Assembly (NCBI GenBank): GCA_017935945.1
Contig: JAGBGN010000014.1
Coordinates: forward strand, 1,913-65,912
Direction: 5' to 3'
DNA length: 64,000 bases
Source: Candidatus Methanomethylophilaceae archaeon
GTDB taxonomy: Archaea; Thermoplasmatota; Thermoplasmata; Methanomassiliicoccales; Methanomethylophilaceae
A program made the translations under genes and the position numbers. Numbering within the stretch: the stretch's first letter is position 1; every line of letters starts with the position of its first letter. The notes under the pieces were generated by a model. That model was given only the letters and a program-made list of their open reading frames with translations. It did no database searches and was not told the DNA's origin. This document shows positions 27,406 through 36,913 of this stretch, in pieces.

Positions 27406-28428
27406 TCAGAACACCCTGATATCTGCCACATAATGGGATACCGCGGGGGCGAATGACTTCACCTCGCGGATCCCGATCACGTCGTACCCATCTTCCCCAC
27501 ATGCTTCTGAGAAGATGGAACGGATCCTGTCCTCGTACTCGTTGACATAGAACGTGTCATGATAGTGTATGATTCCGCCTGGCCTCAGCATACGCAGTGC
27601 GGTCGGGACGAACTCCGACGTCGTTTGAACGTATCCCATCAGTATGCGGTCCGCGAATCCGCGACCACGGAGGTGACGGTTGTCACCGAGTATCGGTATG
27701 ACCACGTCCTCCAGCATGTTGTCCCTGACGTTGCGCACCAGGAACTGGTACGATTCAGGGTTCTTCTCGCATGCGAACACCCTGCGGGCACCCGAGAACT
27801 TGGCCAACGGAAGGGTGAAGTACCCGATTCCGGCGAACATGTCCACCACGGTCTCGCCAGTGCAATCCAGTTGCCTCATGCGCATGCGCTCGTCCGTGTT
27901 ACCAGAGGCGAACATAACCTTGGTCACATCGAAACCGTAACGGATACCATTCTCCAACCTGACGGACTCTGTATCCGTACCGTGGATCAGCTCCATACTG
28001 GGTTGCCTGAACTCACCGGACACGCCGCGGACATCGGCGCATACGGTCTTGGCATCGAGGACCTCGGCATACGTCCTACCGATTATGTCGGAGTACGGAC
28101 GGCAACGCGGGTCCATCTTTACTATGACTATGTCGCCCACGAACTCCCACCGGGTGGGCACGATATCCCTCAACTCAGGATACGCCTCCAACTTGGCGGC
28201 TATCCGTTCCTGTGGGCTCCTGCGGTCCAGGGTATATGCATCACCCTCGACCATCTCGTACCCCATGTCGGACACCGTACCGATGTGATCGGGCATTATC
28301 GGGACGTAACGGAAATCCTGATCCTTTCCGATCTTCGCATGGATGTCCACCATCTCACGTCCCATGAGGTCACGTATGACCAGTCCCGCCTCGGAGGACG
28401 GTATCTTCGCGAATACAACACGCTTCAT
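27406..28428 (-). CDS. trm5: tRNA (guanine37-N1)-methyltransferase Trm5/Taw22 family
   Basis: Met-10+ type SAM-binding block ETVVDMFAGIGYFTLPLAK. About 340 aa. Start MKRVVF overlaps the upstream stop (ATGA). Confidence 0.8.
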   Translation of the reverse strand: MKRVVFAKIPSSEAGLVIRDLMGREMVDIHAKIGKDQDFRYVPIMPDHIGTVSDMGYEMVEGDAYTLDRRSPQERIAAKLEAYPELRDIVPTRWEFVGDIVIVKMDPRCRPYSDIIGRTYAEVLDAKTVCADVRGVSGEFRQPSMELIHGTDTESVRLENGIRYGFDVTKVMFASGNTDERMRMRQLDCTGETVVDMFAGIGYFTLPLAKFSGARRVFACEKNPESYQFLVRNVRDNMLEDVVIPILGDNRHLRGRGFADRILMGYVQTTSEFVPTALRMLRPGGIIHYHDTFYVNEYEDRIRSIFSEACGEDGYDVIGIREVKSFAPAVSHYVADIRVF

Positions 28429-29567
28429 ATCAAACACCTCAATCCCAGCGGTATTGCTGCCAACAATGCACCGCCATGGCACATTATCCTCTTCATCACA
28501 GCGGATGGATCGTCCAAGTCGAGCTCATCCAACTCCGAGCGGACATCGTCGCGTGAAGCGTACCTCCCCGCACGGATCAGATCCCCATCGTCCAACCTGC
28601 AGAACAACCTCCTCAGGGTGTAACCGCGGTCGAGGCCTTTACCGATCTCCGAACGCCAAGCGCTCTCGTACTCGGAAAGCGCCTTCCCGGAGAGATTATC
28701 GCTGGACAGTGCCTGGCGCAGGACCCTGCAGAGTATCGGCGTCGCCTTAAACGCGGGGTACAGACCTCCTCCGGAGATGGGTTTCACCAGACCGGCGGCA
28801 TCACCTGTGAGGAGGCATCTGTCACCATAGGTGGTCCTACGACCGCCCACGGGGATCTTGCCACTGTACATGGTGATTATCCTGGAATCATACCCGTTAT
28901 CGGCCAGAAGGCGCTTCAGGTACTGCATCGGCGGTCCGGCGGACCAGGACGTGCAGAGTCCGACGCGGGTGAAGTCCCCACAGGGGATCTCCCATGTGAA
29001 GAAACCGGGCGCATATCTCGAACCCAGATGTATCCTGAACAGGTCCTGATGCGGGGCCGTGACGGCGACATCGGCCTGTATCCCCCTGATGTACTCACGG
29101 GGCCCGTTGTCACCCAGGGACATGGCGACCTTGGAAGAATGGCCATCTGCACCCACTATGGAACGGGTCGTGTGCCCACCATCCGAGGTCGTCACCACCA
29201 CGTGGTCTCCGACCGTATGTGAGATGTACTTCTCGGAATAGGAGTACTCCGCACCTGCCGCCATGGCGGCATCAGCCATGCGTGAATCCAGATCTGAACG
29301 GTCCACCACACGGGCCTTGGGCCAATCGGAACGGACGATCACCGACCTACCGTCGGGAAAAACTACCTCCGCACCGTGAAGGGTGTTTAGGATGTCCGGG
29401 CGGACCCCGGACATCCGGATGACTTCATCGCTGATCAGACCGGCACACTGTACCGGCCTGCCGGAGGATTCGTGCTCCTCCAGCACTAGGACGTCATGGT
29501 CGCGGGCAAGATCGGCGGCCGCAAGGCTCCCTGCGGGACCTCCGCCCACTATCGTGACATCCCTCAT
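28425..29567 (-). CDS. geranylgeranyl reductase family flavoprotein (second paralogue)
   Basis: Motifs IVGGGPAGSLAAADLA and PVQCAGLIS, plus the GDAAGLVKPISGGG block. Start ATG 29567 (MRDVTIV). Confidence 0.8.
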   Translation of the reverse strand: MRDVTIVGGGPAGSLAAADLARDHDVLVLEEHESSGRPVQCAGLISDEVIRMSGVRPDILNTLHGAEVVFPDGRSVIVRSDWPKARVVDRSDLDSRMADAAMAAGAEYSYSEKYISHTVGDHVVVTTSDGGHTTRSIVGADGHSSKVAMSLGDNGPREYIRGIQADVAVTAPHQDLFRIHLGSRYAPGFFTWEIPCGDFTRVGLCTSWSAGPPMQYLKRLLADNGYDSRIITMYSGKIPVGGRRTTYGDRCLLTGDAAGLVKPISGGGLYPAFKATPILCRVLRQALSSDNLSGKALSEYESAWRSEIGKGLDRGYTLRRLFCRLDDGDLIRAGRYASRDDVRSELDELDLDDPSAVMKRIMCHGGALLAAIPLGLRCLI

Positions 29568-29572
29568 GATAC

Positions 29573-30220
29573 TCAGCACTTCTTGGACTTCTCGTAGTCC
29601 GCGATGAACTTGGCGATACCCTCATCGGTCTTGGGGTGCTTGACCATGAGCTTGAGGGTGTCGTAGGGGATGGTTGCGATATCGCATCCGACGAGTGCCG
29701 CATCGAGGACGTGTGCAGGTCCGCGGATGGATGCCGCGATGACCTCGGTTCCGATACCGTAGTTCTCGAACATCGTCATGATCTCGGTGACGAGATCGGA
29801 TCCGTACTGTCCGATGTCGTCCAGACGTCCGATAAAGGGGGAGACGAATGCGGCTCCGGCCTTTGCTGCGAGGAGTGCCTGGAGAGGGGAGAAGATCAAT
29901 GTGACGTTGACCTTGATTCCCTCCTCGGAGAGGACCTTGGTTGCCTTAAGTGTCTCGACGCACATGGGGAGCTTGACGTTGATGTTCTCGTGGATCTTTG
30001 CGAGCTCACGTCCCTCTGCGATCATCTCCTCTGCGGTCATGGACATCGCCTCGGCGGAGATGGGTCCATCGACAATCTCGGCGATCTCCCTGACGCGGGT
30101 CCTGACGTCGACGCCCTCCTTGGCGATGAGACTGGGGTTGGTGGTGACTCCGTCCAGGATTCCCCAGCTGTTGATTTCCTTGATCATGTCGAGATTTGCT
30201 GTGTCTATGAAGATCTTCAT
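29573..30220 (-). CDS. tal: transaldolase / fructose-6-phosphate aldolase family (short type)
   Basis: [15 protein letters not shown]...GVTTNPSL and INVKLP Schiff-base Lys region. 215 aa. Confidence 0.85.
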   Translation of the reverse strand: MKIFIDTANLDMIKEINSWGILDGVTTNPSLIAKEGVDVRTRVREIAEIVDGPISAEAMSMTAEEMIAEGRELAKIHENINVKLPMCVETLKATKVLSEEGIKVNVTLIFSPLQALLAAKAGAAFVSPFIGRLDDIGQYGSDLVTEIMTMFENYGIGTEVIAASIRGPAHVLDAALVGCDIATIPYDTLKLMVKHPKTDEGIAKFIADYEKSKKC

Positions 30221-30223
30221 CCT

Positions 30224-31168
30224 TCATCCCTTCCTTGAAATCGATTTCCTCACCGCTGCGACTATGTCTGCGGTGGTAAGCCCGTATTTCTCCATGAGGT
30301 CCGTCGGGTTTCCGGACTCTCCGAAAGTATCCTTCGTCCCGACCCTCTCCAAGGGTACGCAGACGTTGTCACAGAGGCACTCGGCCACTGCGGAACCCAG
30401 TCCGCCGATGACGCTGTGCTCCTCTGCGGTTATGCAGCATCCGGTCTTCCTGACGGATGCGAGGAGTGTCTCCGAATCGAGGGGCTTGATCGTGGACATG
30501 TTGATGACCTCCACGTCCACACCCTCTCCTGCGAGGATCTCGGCTGCCTCCTGGCAGAACGATACCATCTGTCCGCATCCGACGAGGGTAGCATCCGCAC
30601 CCTCCCTGAGGACGGTTGCCTTGCCTATGACGAACTCCATGTCCTCGGGCATGGACGTGGGGAACTCCGCACGTCCCATCCTCATGTACACGGGGCCGTC
30701 GTAATCCGCGATGGCCATGGTGGCGGCATAGGCCTCGTAGGCATCGGCGGGGGCGATGACGGTCATGTTGGGCAACGAACGCATGATGGACACGTCCTCG
30801 AGTGCCTGGTGGGATGCCCCATCCTCACCGACGCTGATACCGCAGTGGGTGGCCACGATCTTCACGTTGAGCCTGGGGTACGCGACGGCCAACCTGATTT
30901 GCTCCCAGCACCTGCCGGTGGCGAAGACTCCGAATGTCGATGCGAACACAGTCTTGCCCGATGCTGCGAGTCCGGCGGCGATTCCGACCATGTTCTGTTC
31001 CGCGATACCGACCTCGACGAACCTGTCGGGACAGACCTTCTGGAAATCAGAGGTCTTGGTCGAACCGGCAAGGTCCGCATCCAGGACGACCACGTCGTCC
31101 CTGGTTTCGGCCAGCTTCGCGAGGGCCTTTCCATAGTAGTTGCGCTGTGCGAGCTTCTGTCCGTTCAT
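30224..31168 (-). CDS. transketolase, C-terminal subunit
   Basis: Pyrimidine-binding and C-terminal domain blocks (GIAEQNMVGIAAGLA, TFGESG). Overlaps the N-terminal subunit gene. Confidence 0.9.
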   Translation of the reverse strand: MNGQKLAQRNYYGKALAKLAETRDDVVVLDADLAGSTKTSDFQKVCPDRFVEVGIAEQNMVGIAAGLAASGKTVFASTFGVFATGRCWEQIRLAVAYPRLNVKIVATHCGISVGEDGASHQALEDVSIMRSLPNMTVIAPADAYEAYAATMAIADYDGPVYMRMGRAEFPTSMPEDMEFVIGKATVLREGADATLVGCGQMVSFCQEAAEILAGEGVDVEVINMSTIKPLDSETLLASVRKTGCCITAEEHSVIGGLGSAVAECLCDNVCVPLERVGTKDTFGESGNPTDLMEKYGLTTADIVAAVRKSISRKG

Positions 31169-31992
31169 TGGATCGCCTCCTTGAGTTCCCTGACAGCTAT
31201 GTCATACTCCTCAGCGTTGCAGGCCTTTCCGTGGAAACCTGCGTTGTTCTCCATGAATGAGACCCCTTTGCCCTTGACTGTGTCCATGATTATGGCGGTG
31301 GGTCTCGACGACTGCTTCGCCTTGTTGAGAGCCTCCACGATCTGACGCATGCTGTGTCCCTTGATCATGATGACATTCCATCCGAACGCCTTCCACTTCT
31401 CGGGAAGGGGTTCGAGACCGATCGCACCCTCGGTGTTGCCTGTAATCTGGAGGTGGTTGCGGTCGACGATGGCCACGAGGTTCTTGAGTCCGTACTGGCG
31501 GGCGAACATGGCCGCCTCCCAGTTCTGACCGCTCTGGAGCTCACCGTCTCCGAGGAGACAATATGTCATGTAGTCCTTACCGTCCATCTTACCAGCGAGT
31601 GCGATACCGCAAGCCATGCTCAGACCCTGACCGAGGGACCCCGTGGACATCTCCACACCGGGAACCTTTCCACGTACGGGGTGGCCCTGGAGCTTGGATC
31701 CCATCTTCCTGAGTGTGATGAGGTCCTCGACGGGGAAGTACCCGGACTCGGCCAGTGCGGCATAGAGGACGGGTGCGACGTGACCCTTGGAGAGGACGAA
31801 CCTGTCCCTGTCCTCCCACTGGGGATTGGAGGGGTCGTGGTTCAGGACACGGAAGTACAGTGCAGACATCAGATCGGCTGATGAAAGTGATCCGCCGGGA
31901 TGTCCGGATTTGGCCGCATAGGTCATCTCGACCACGTGCAACCTGAGTTTGTTCGCTATCGTTTCGAGTTCTGCGAGGCTTCTGTCGGTCAT
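31165..31992 (-). CDS. transketolase, N-terminal (TPP-binding) subunit
   Basis: Blocks GHPGGSLSSADLMSALYF and GDGELQSGQNWEA. Confidence 0.9.
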   Translation of the reverse strand: MTDRSLAELETIANKLRLHVVEMTYAAKSGHPGGSLSSADLMSALYFRVLNHDPSNPQWEDRDRFVLSKGHVAPVLYAALAESGYFPVEDLITLRKMGSKLQGHPVRGKVPGVEMSTGSLGQGLSMACGIALAGKMDGKDYMTYCLLGDGELQSGQNWEAAMFARQYGLKNLVAIVDRNHLQITGNTEGAIGLEPLPEKWKAFGWNVIMIKGHSMRQIVEALNKAKQSSRPTAIIMDTVKGKGVSFMENNAGFHGKACNAEEYDIAVRELKEAIQ

Positions 31993-31994
31993 CT

Positions 31995-32732
31995 TCAGTC
32001 ACTCTCTATCCTGGGTGCGAGGAGGTAATCGACCTTCACACTGCCATCGGCAAGTGAGAAGTTGAGCTTGGTGGGGTAGTCGCTGTCAAGCGCTATGTTG
32101 ATCATCGTTCCGGAGGGCGTGGCCTTCACGATGTTGGAGAAGTAGTCCAGAGGGAACATGCTGCGGACCTCCGAAGGGGTGTCCAGCATGGGCATGTTTG
32201 CCTTGTCGATTCTGAGGCTGACCGAATCGGTGTCCCCTTCACAGGACAGGTCGAAGAAATCGGGTGCCGCCCTGAGGGTTATGTGATCCGATATCGTGTC
32301 CGCAGCACGGATGCCCTTCTGGAGCTCATCGACACAGACGGTCATGTTGGCGGTCAGGGAGAGCTGGGGGACCTTTGGGTCACTCATACTGGAGGTGTCG
32401 ACCAGGTTCATACGGCGGGTGATGTTGCCTACCTTGAAGATCAACCTTCCATGGACATCGTCCTGTTCCATACTGATCAAGTCACCGGAACTGGCGAGCT
32501 TGAGGACTCCCTTGACCTTGTCGAGGTCGAGTCCGAGCTCGACGCTGTCCGCCTCGAAGGATGTGAATGCGCCCTTGTCGACGAACATCTCTATCATCGC
32601 GACATGTGCTGCGTCGACGGCCTTGAGTGTGATCCCCTCGGAGGAGATCGAGAACTTGACCTCGTCGATGAGGGTCGAGATTATGTTGACCAAGCCCTTC
32701 AACGTATCCGACTTCAACTCAGCCTTGAACAT
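31995..32732 (-). CDS. pcn: DNA polymerase sliding clamp PCNA
   Basis: MFKAELKSDTLKGLVNIISTLIDEVKF..., about 245 aa, typical archaeal PCNA. ATG 32732 (GTG 32738 is also possible). Confidence 0.85.
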   Translation of the reverse strand: MFKAELKSDTLKGLVNIISTLIDEVKFSISSEGITLKAVDAAHVAMIEMFVDKGAFTSFEADSVELGLDLDKVKGVLKLASSGDLISMEQDDVHGRLIFKVGNITRRMNLVDTSSMSDPKVPQLSLTANMTVCVDELQKGIRAADTISDHITLRAAPDFFDLSCEGDTDSVSLRIDKANMPMLDTPSEVRSMFPLDYFSNIVKATPSGTMINIALDSDYPTKLNFSLADGSVKVDYLLAPRIESD

Positions 32733-32741
32733 ACGCACACC

Positions 32742-33038
32742 TCAGTACTCTCTCCAGGAATGGTTGCACTTGCAGCAACGATAGATCCTGGTTTCAGGCT
32801 CATCCGCAGCGCGGGTCTGCCTGATGACGAAGAACGCCTCGGTGTGGTTGCATTCCGGACAGGGGATGCGTGTCTTGGGGAGGGTTGCGACGTTTTCCGT
32901 GATAACGGTGGTCTCCCTCTCCTTGGAGTCGGTTGTGATGACCTTCGCTGCTGTACCAATCTCCTTGGTGGCACCGCAGGCATTGCATACATATGCCCCA
33001 TCCTTGGGGAACATCATTGAGCCGCATGAGCAAAACAC
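32742..33038 (-). CDS. tfs: transcription factor S (TFS; RpoM-like)
   Basis: N-terminal Cys ribbon and a C-terminal TFIIS-type ribbon (CPECNHTEAFF..RAADEPETRIYRCCKCNHSW) with an acidic DE loop. A GTG start is needed to include the first Cys pair. Confidence 0.85.
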   Translation of the reverse strand: MFCSCGSMMFPKDGAYVCNACGATKEIGTAAKVITTDSKERETTVITENVATLPKTRIPCPECNHTEAFFVIRQTRAADEPETRIYRCCKCNHSWREY

Positions 33039-33093
33039 GTTAATCAGCCTCTGTCCTCGTCATGGACTGGCCGTATTTATTCCTGTTGTGGAC

Positions 33094-33105
33094 GCGCACG
33101 TGCGC
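33094..33105. promoter_or_regulatory. perfect 12-bp palindrome GCGCACGTGCGC upstream of the tfs TATA box
   Basis: Read directly from the sequence. It lies about 10 nt upstream (gene sense) of AATAAATA (33071..33083), which is about 30 nt from the tfs start. Confidence 0.3.
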
Positions 33106-33146
33106 AACAATAAAAGAAAGGAGAGAGGGTGGGGCCCCCTCTGTTT

Positions 33147-35390
33147 TCACTTCTTGGTGCTCTTCTTCTTGCCCTTGGTGGTGGCCTTGATCTCACGGAG
33201 CTTGAGCTTCACTGTTGCGGCGATCTCCTCACCCTGGACCTTTCCATCTGTGACGAGGGCCTCATCGTACCTGAGTATGGTCCATCCCTCGTCGATGAGT
33301 GCCGCGTCCATTGATGTGTCGGCATCGGCAGGGACGACGAACACGGCGACCTTCCCCTTGACGAATGCCACGGGGATATTGTACGGACCATAGTCGCGTC
33401 TGCACCTGAGCCCCTTGTTCCAAGCGGCCCTGCGGACGACTGCTTCGGGGGAGTAATCGGTGAACAGATCCTCTCCCAGGACCTCCTCTTCCTCGACAGC
33501 GGGTGCGGGTCCCGGTATGGATGGTGCATCCTCCTCCGGACGGTCCTCGATGACCTCGATGACCGCTTCATCCTGATACCTGTCACCATCACCGGAGATG
33601 TCCAGTATCTCAGGTTCCTCGGATGACCAATCGGCCTCGATAACCTGCTCCGGAGCCTCGACATCGGGCTCTGAAACATCCGCCTCCTCGATGGAAATCT
33701 CGGACTCGGCCTCTACCACCTCAGAGTCGGGTTCAACGACTGCAGGTTCCTCGATGACGACTGATTCGACTTCCTCTGATGTGGATGCATCCTCGATGGC
33801 CCTTTCATCCACTGCGGGTTCCACCTCGACAGTATCCTCGGGTTCATCCTCCTCCATTTCGAGTACGGGTTCATCATCGATGACGACTGATTCGACTTCC
33901 TCAACGACGGTATCCTCTACAGTCTTTTCGGGTTCGGCCTTGGGTTCCTCGGATTCAGGCTCATCCCCCACAGTCCCTTCCACGATTACCTCGTCTACTG
34001 CGGGTTCCACGACCTCAATGGACATCTCTGACTCGGCCTCTACCACCTCGGGTTCAACTTCCTCGAATATGGGTGCATCCTCGACGATATCATCGAGTTC
34101 ATCTCCGACCCAGTCATCAACCTCAACGATGATTTCCTCAGCAATCTCTTCGGGTTCGACCTTGGGTTCCTCGGGTACAGATTCGATGACCTCCTCATCT
34201 GTTGCATGCTCATCCTCAACGGACTCGTCCGATGACGGTTCTACCTCATCCTGGACCTGAGGCTCTACAACGGGTTCCTCGATGGTCGGGGCCACTGCGA
34301 TGATGGGCTCCTCCACCTTCTTCGGGGGCTCCTCGGGTACGGGTTCGGCCTTGGGTTCCTCGGTTACCTTGGGAGTGGGACGTACCGAAGCCCTGTTGCT
34401 GGCATCCCTGGATGACACCAGCTTCATCATGAAATCGTTCTTGGCTGGTGCCTTCTTCGGGGACTCCTCGGGTACGGGTTCGGCCTTGGGTTCCTCGGTT
34501 ACCTTGGGTTCCTCTACGACCTTGGATGCTTCCACCACGGGAGGCTCAGGATCATCGACTTTCGGCACCTCCTCAGGCTCCTCGATGGTCGGGGCCACTG
34601 CGATGATGGGCTCCTCCACCTTCTTCGGGGGCTCCTCGGTTACTTTGGGTTCCTCTACGGCCTTGGGTTCCGTCTTGGGGACGATATCCTTCGGTTTGGA
34701 TGCTGACTCCTCGGCAGGACTGATTGCCTTGACCTCCTTCGGTGCGGAGACCTTGGATGCTTCCTTGCGCGCAGATACCTCCCTTTCGTTCCTAGCACCA
34801 TCCTGCGGTCCGGAAAGCATGGAACTGATGATTGTAGACAATGCGACCCAGGCACCGACGATTATCAGGGCGAATCCCTGATAGAACGCGGTCCCCTGAG
34901 AGATTGCCATGATGGCGAAGAACAGTTCGACAGCCGCGAGGATGGCGGAGATGTACATGGCGCCATACAGCTTGCCCACCCATAGCGACAATGTGTCAGC
35001 TACCATGGCGAGTGCCGCAAGCACGGCTGCAACCGCGAATATGGTAGACGAACCAGTGACAGCCGAAACGACGAAAATAGCCCCCGATAGCAGGAACAAA
35101 CCGGAACGTATCTTCTGTACGAAGTTTCCACCGTTAATCAAAGTGATGATCGATGAGGCTATGGCGACCACCCCTGCTAAGAGCAGTAGGTACGATCCGA
35201 CCGTGCCTGCCGACATCGGTGCGCCACCTGCGATCACCAACGCCGCTGCAAGAACAAACAGGAGGGCCGTGCCCATGGCTAGACCTCCAGTTAACCTTCT
35301 GTCGAGTGCTCCCATGAATGAGGTATCCTCTCCTCCGAATATAACGATTATTACAACTCTGGCTATTTCGTACCCGTAGCATATAGCCAT
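33147..35390 (-). CDS. large membrane-anchored, highly acidic repeat protein with C-terminal DUF559/Vsr-like fold remnant
   Basis: N-terminal ~200 aa with several TM helices. The central ~430 aa are E/P/V/D-rich with repeated modules (PKVTEEPKAEPVPEE, PPKKVEEPIIAVAPTIEEP, EEVESVVI, VVEAESE.SIE). The C-terminus reads GPYNIPVAFVKGKVAVFVV...EGWTILRYDE plus a Lys-rich tail. The start is uncertain (35390 or 35315). Confidence 0.6.
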   Translation of the reverse strand: MAICYGYEIARVVIIVIFGGEDTSFMGALDRRLTGGLAMGTALLFVLAAALVIAGGAPMSAGTVGSYLLLLAGVVAIASSIITLINGGNFVQKIRSGLFLLSGAIFVVSAVTGSSTIFAVAAVLAALAMVADTLSLWVGKLYGAMYISAILAAVELFFAIMAISQGTAFYQGFALIIVGAWVALSTIISSMLSGPQDGARNEREVSARKEASKVSAPKEVKAISPAEESASKPKDIVPKTEPKAVEEPKVTEEPPKKVEEPIIAVAPTIEEPEEVPKVDDPEPPVVEASKVVEEPKVTEEPKAEPVPEESPKKAPAKNDFMMKLVSSRDASNRASVRPTPKVTEEPKAEPVPEEPPKKVEEPIIAVAPTIEEPVVEPQVQDEVEPSSDESVEDEHATDEEVIESVPEEPKVEPEEIAEEIIVEVDDWVGDELDDIVEDAPIFEEVEPEVVEAESEMSIEVVEPAVDEVIVEGTVGDEPESEEPKAEPEKTVEDTVVEEVESVVIDDEPVLEMEEDEPEDTVEVEPAVDERAIEDASTSEEVESVVIEEPAVVEPDSEVVEAESEISIEEADVSEPDVEAPEQVIEADWSSEEPEILDISGDGDRYQDEAVIEVIEDRPEEDAPSIPGPAPAVEEEEVLGEDLFTDYSPEAVVRRAAWNKGLRCRRDYGPYNIPVAFVKGKVAVFVVPADADTSMDAALIDEGWTILRYDEALVTDGKVQGEEIAATVKLKLREIKATTKGKKKSTKK
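34277..34639. repeat. perfect intragenic direct repeats (60 nt x2 and 45 nt x2)
   Basis: The 60-mer cctcgatggtcggggccactgcgatgatgggctcctccaccttcttcgggggctcctcgg occurs at 34277 and 34580. The 45-mer ctcctcgggtacgggttcggccttgggttcctcggttaccttggg occurs at 34329 and 34464. Confidence 0.85.
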
Positions 35391-35675
35391 ACTCCGGGAG
35401 CAATCAATTTTACATCCGTCGAGGGGGATTGTGTGAAGTTTCCGGGTGGTTCGGTACAGTGTCTGGGTTGGTCCTCGCGCGTATAACCGCTACGCGCGAA
35501 ACTGGCGCGCCTGCGAGGATAAGTTAAATATAGTGCATCCAGCTAACCTCTTATCGCCTTATAATATGGGGTCGCGGCCCTGTATCATCATCACAGTCAA
35601 GGAGGACATTTTGAACGTCCTCTTTCACAAAGTCCTTCAATTTCGAAGGCAGAATACGAAAAGGAGAGAGATTTA

Positions 35676-36911
35676 ATGAAAATGAAATTTAAATTCCTGG
35701 GTGGCGCAGACATGGTCGGCCGCATGGGGATGACCATGGAAGGTAACGGCATGACCGCACTGATAGAGTACGGTCTCAGCCCCACGAAACCTCCGGAGTA
35801 CCCCATCCCCGCACCCAGGATAGATTACGCGTTCCTCACCCACGCGCACCTGGACCACTGCGGTATGATCCCGCAGGTCTGCGGCAAGAACAGATGCGAC
35901 CTGTTCACCACGCCCCTATCCGCAGAGGTCGCCGAGATCATGATGTACGACACCCTCAAGATCGCCAAAGCGGAGAACTACATCCAGCCCTATTCCGCAG
36001 ACGATATCGAGAGGACGATGAAAGCTGTCGTCCCCATGACATACGACGACGAGATCACCGTGGACCACCTCGATGTCACCATGCTCGATGCGGGTCACAT
36101 CCCCGGTGCGGCCATGTTCAAGTTCGACTGCGACGTGTCCACCATCTATTCCGGAGACATCCACACGGAATCCCAGAGACTCGTCTACGGTGCCAAGCCG
36201 TGCGACTGCACCAACCTGTTCATCGAGGGAACCTACGGTGGACGCAACCACCCTCCGAGGAAGGAGACGGAAGCTGCATTCCTCGCCAAGATCGAGGAGG
36301 TCATTGACCGTGGTGGAACCGTCCTCATCCCCTGTTTCGCTGTCGGAAGGACTCAGGAGATCATGCTCCTGCTCAGGAACCTGGACTACGAGATGTGGGT
36401 CGACGGTATGGGAAGGTCTGTCACACGCCTGTTCCTCGACTATCCCGAGTACATCAAGGATGTCAAGCACCTCAAGGCCGCCAAGAGGAAGTTCAACGAG
36501 GTCCGCAACACCAACTCCAGGTTGAGCGCCAAGAAGGGCCAGATCATCGTCACCACCGGCGGAATGCTCGACGGTGGACCCGTCCTCGGATACCTCAACT
36601 ACCTGAAGGATGACCCCAAGAGCGCAGTCCTCCTCGTCGGATACCAGGCAGAGGACACTAACGGAAGGCTGCTCATGGAGCAGGGATGCGTCAAGATCGA
36701 TGGTGAGGTCGTAAAGGTCGAGTGCGAGCTCCAGAAGTACGACTTCTCCGCACACGCAGACCACAACCAGATCGTCGAGTTCATCAAGGCATGCGATCCC
36801 GACAATGTCATCATGATGCACTCCGAGACCCGCGACATGTTCCTCCCCGATCTCGAGGACTACAACGTCATACTGCCCGAGACCGGTGTGGAATTCGAAC
36901 TGGACGTGTGA
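35676..36911 (+). CDS. MBL-fold beta-CASP ribonuclease (aCPSF2-like, no KH domains)
   Basis: HxHxDH motif (THAHLDHCG), beta-CASP motifs (PCFAVGRTQE, SAHADH, IMMHSE). 411 aa. An AAGGAGAGAG RBS precedes the ATG. Confidence 0.8.
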   Translation: MKMKFKFLGGADMVGRMGMTMEGNGMTALIEYGLSPTKPPEYPIPAPRIDYAFLTHAHLDHCGMIPQVCGKNRCDLFTTPLSAEVAEIMMYDTLKIAKAENYIQPYSADDIERTMKAVVPMTYDDEITVDHLDVTMLDAGHIPGAAMFKFDCDVSTIYSGDIHTESQRLVYGAKPCDCTNLFIEGTYGGRNHPPRKETEAAFLAKIEEVIDRGGTVLIPCFAVGRTQEIMLLLRNLDYEMWVDGMGRSVTRLFLDYPEYIKDVKHLKAAKRKFNEVRNTNSRLSAKKGQIIVTTGGMLDGGPVLGYLNYLKDDPKSAVLLVGYQAEDTNGRLLMEQGCVKIDGEVVKVECELQKYDFSAHADHNQIVEFIKACDPDNVIMMHSETRDMFLPDLEDYNVILPETGVEFELDV

Positions 36912-36913
36912 GT

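Noticed and set aside
35476-35498. Perfect 8-bp hairpin CGCGCGTA-taaccgc-TACGCGCG, plus further small stems (35601..35621), in the 285-bp spacer before the beta-CASP RNase gene. Considered as an ncRNA or riboswitch.
   Set aside because: No known RNA family signature is present. The stems are short and are equally explained as promoter or 5'-UTR elements.
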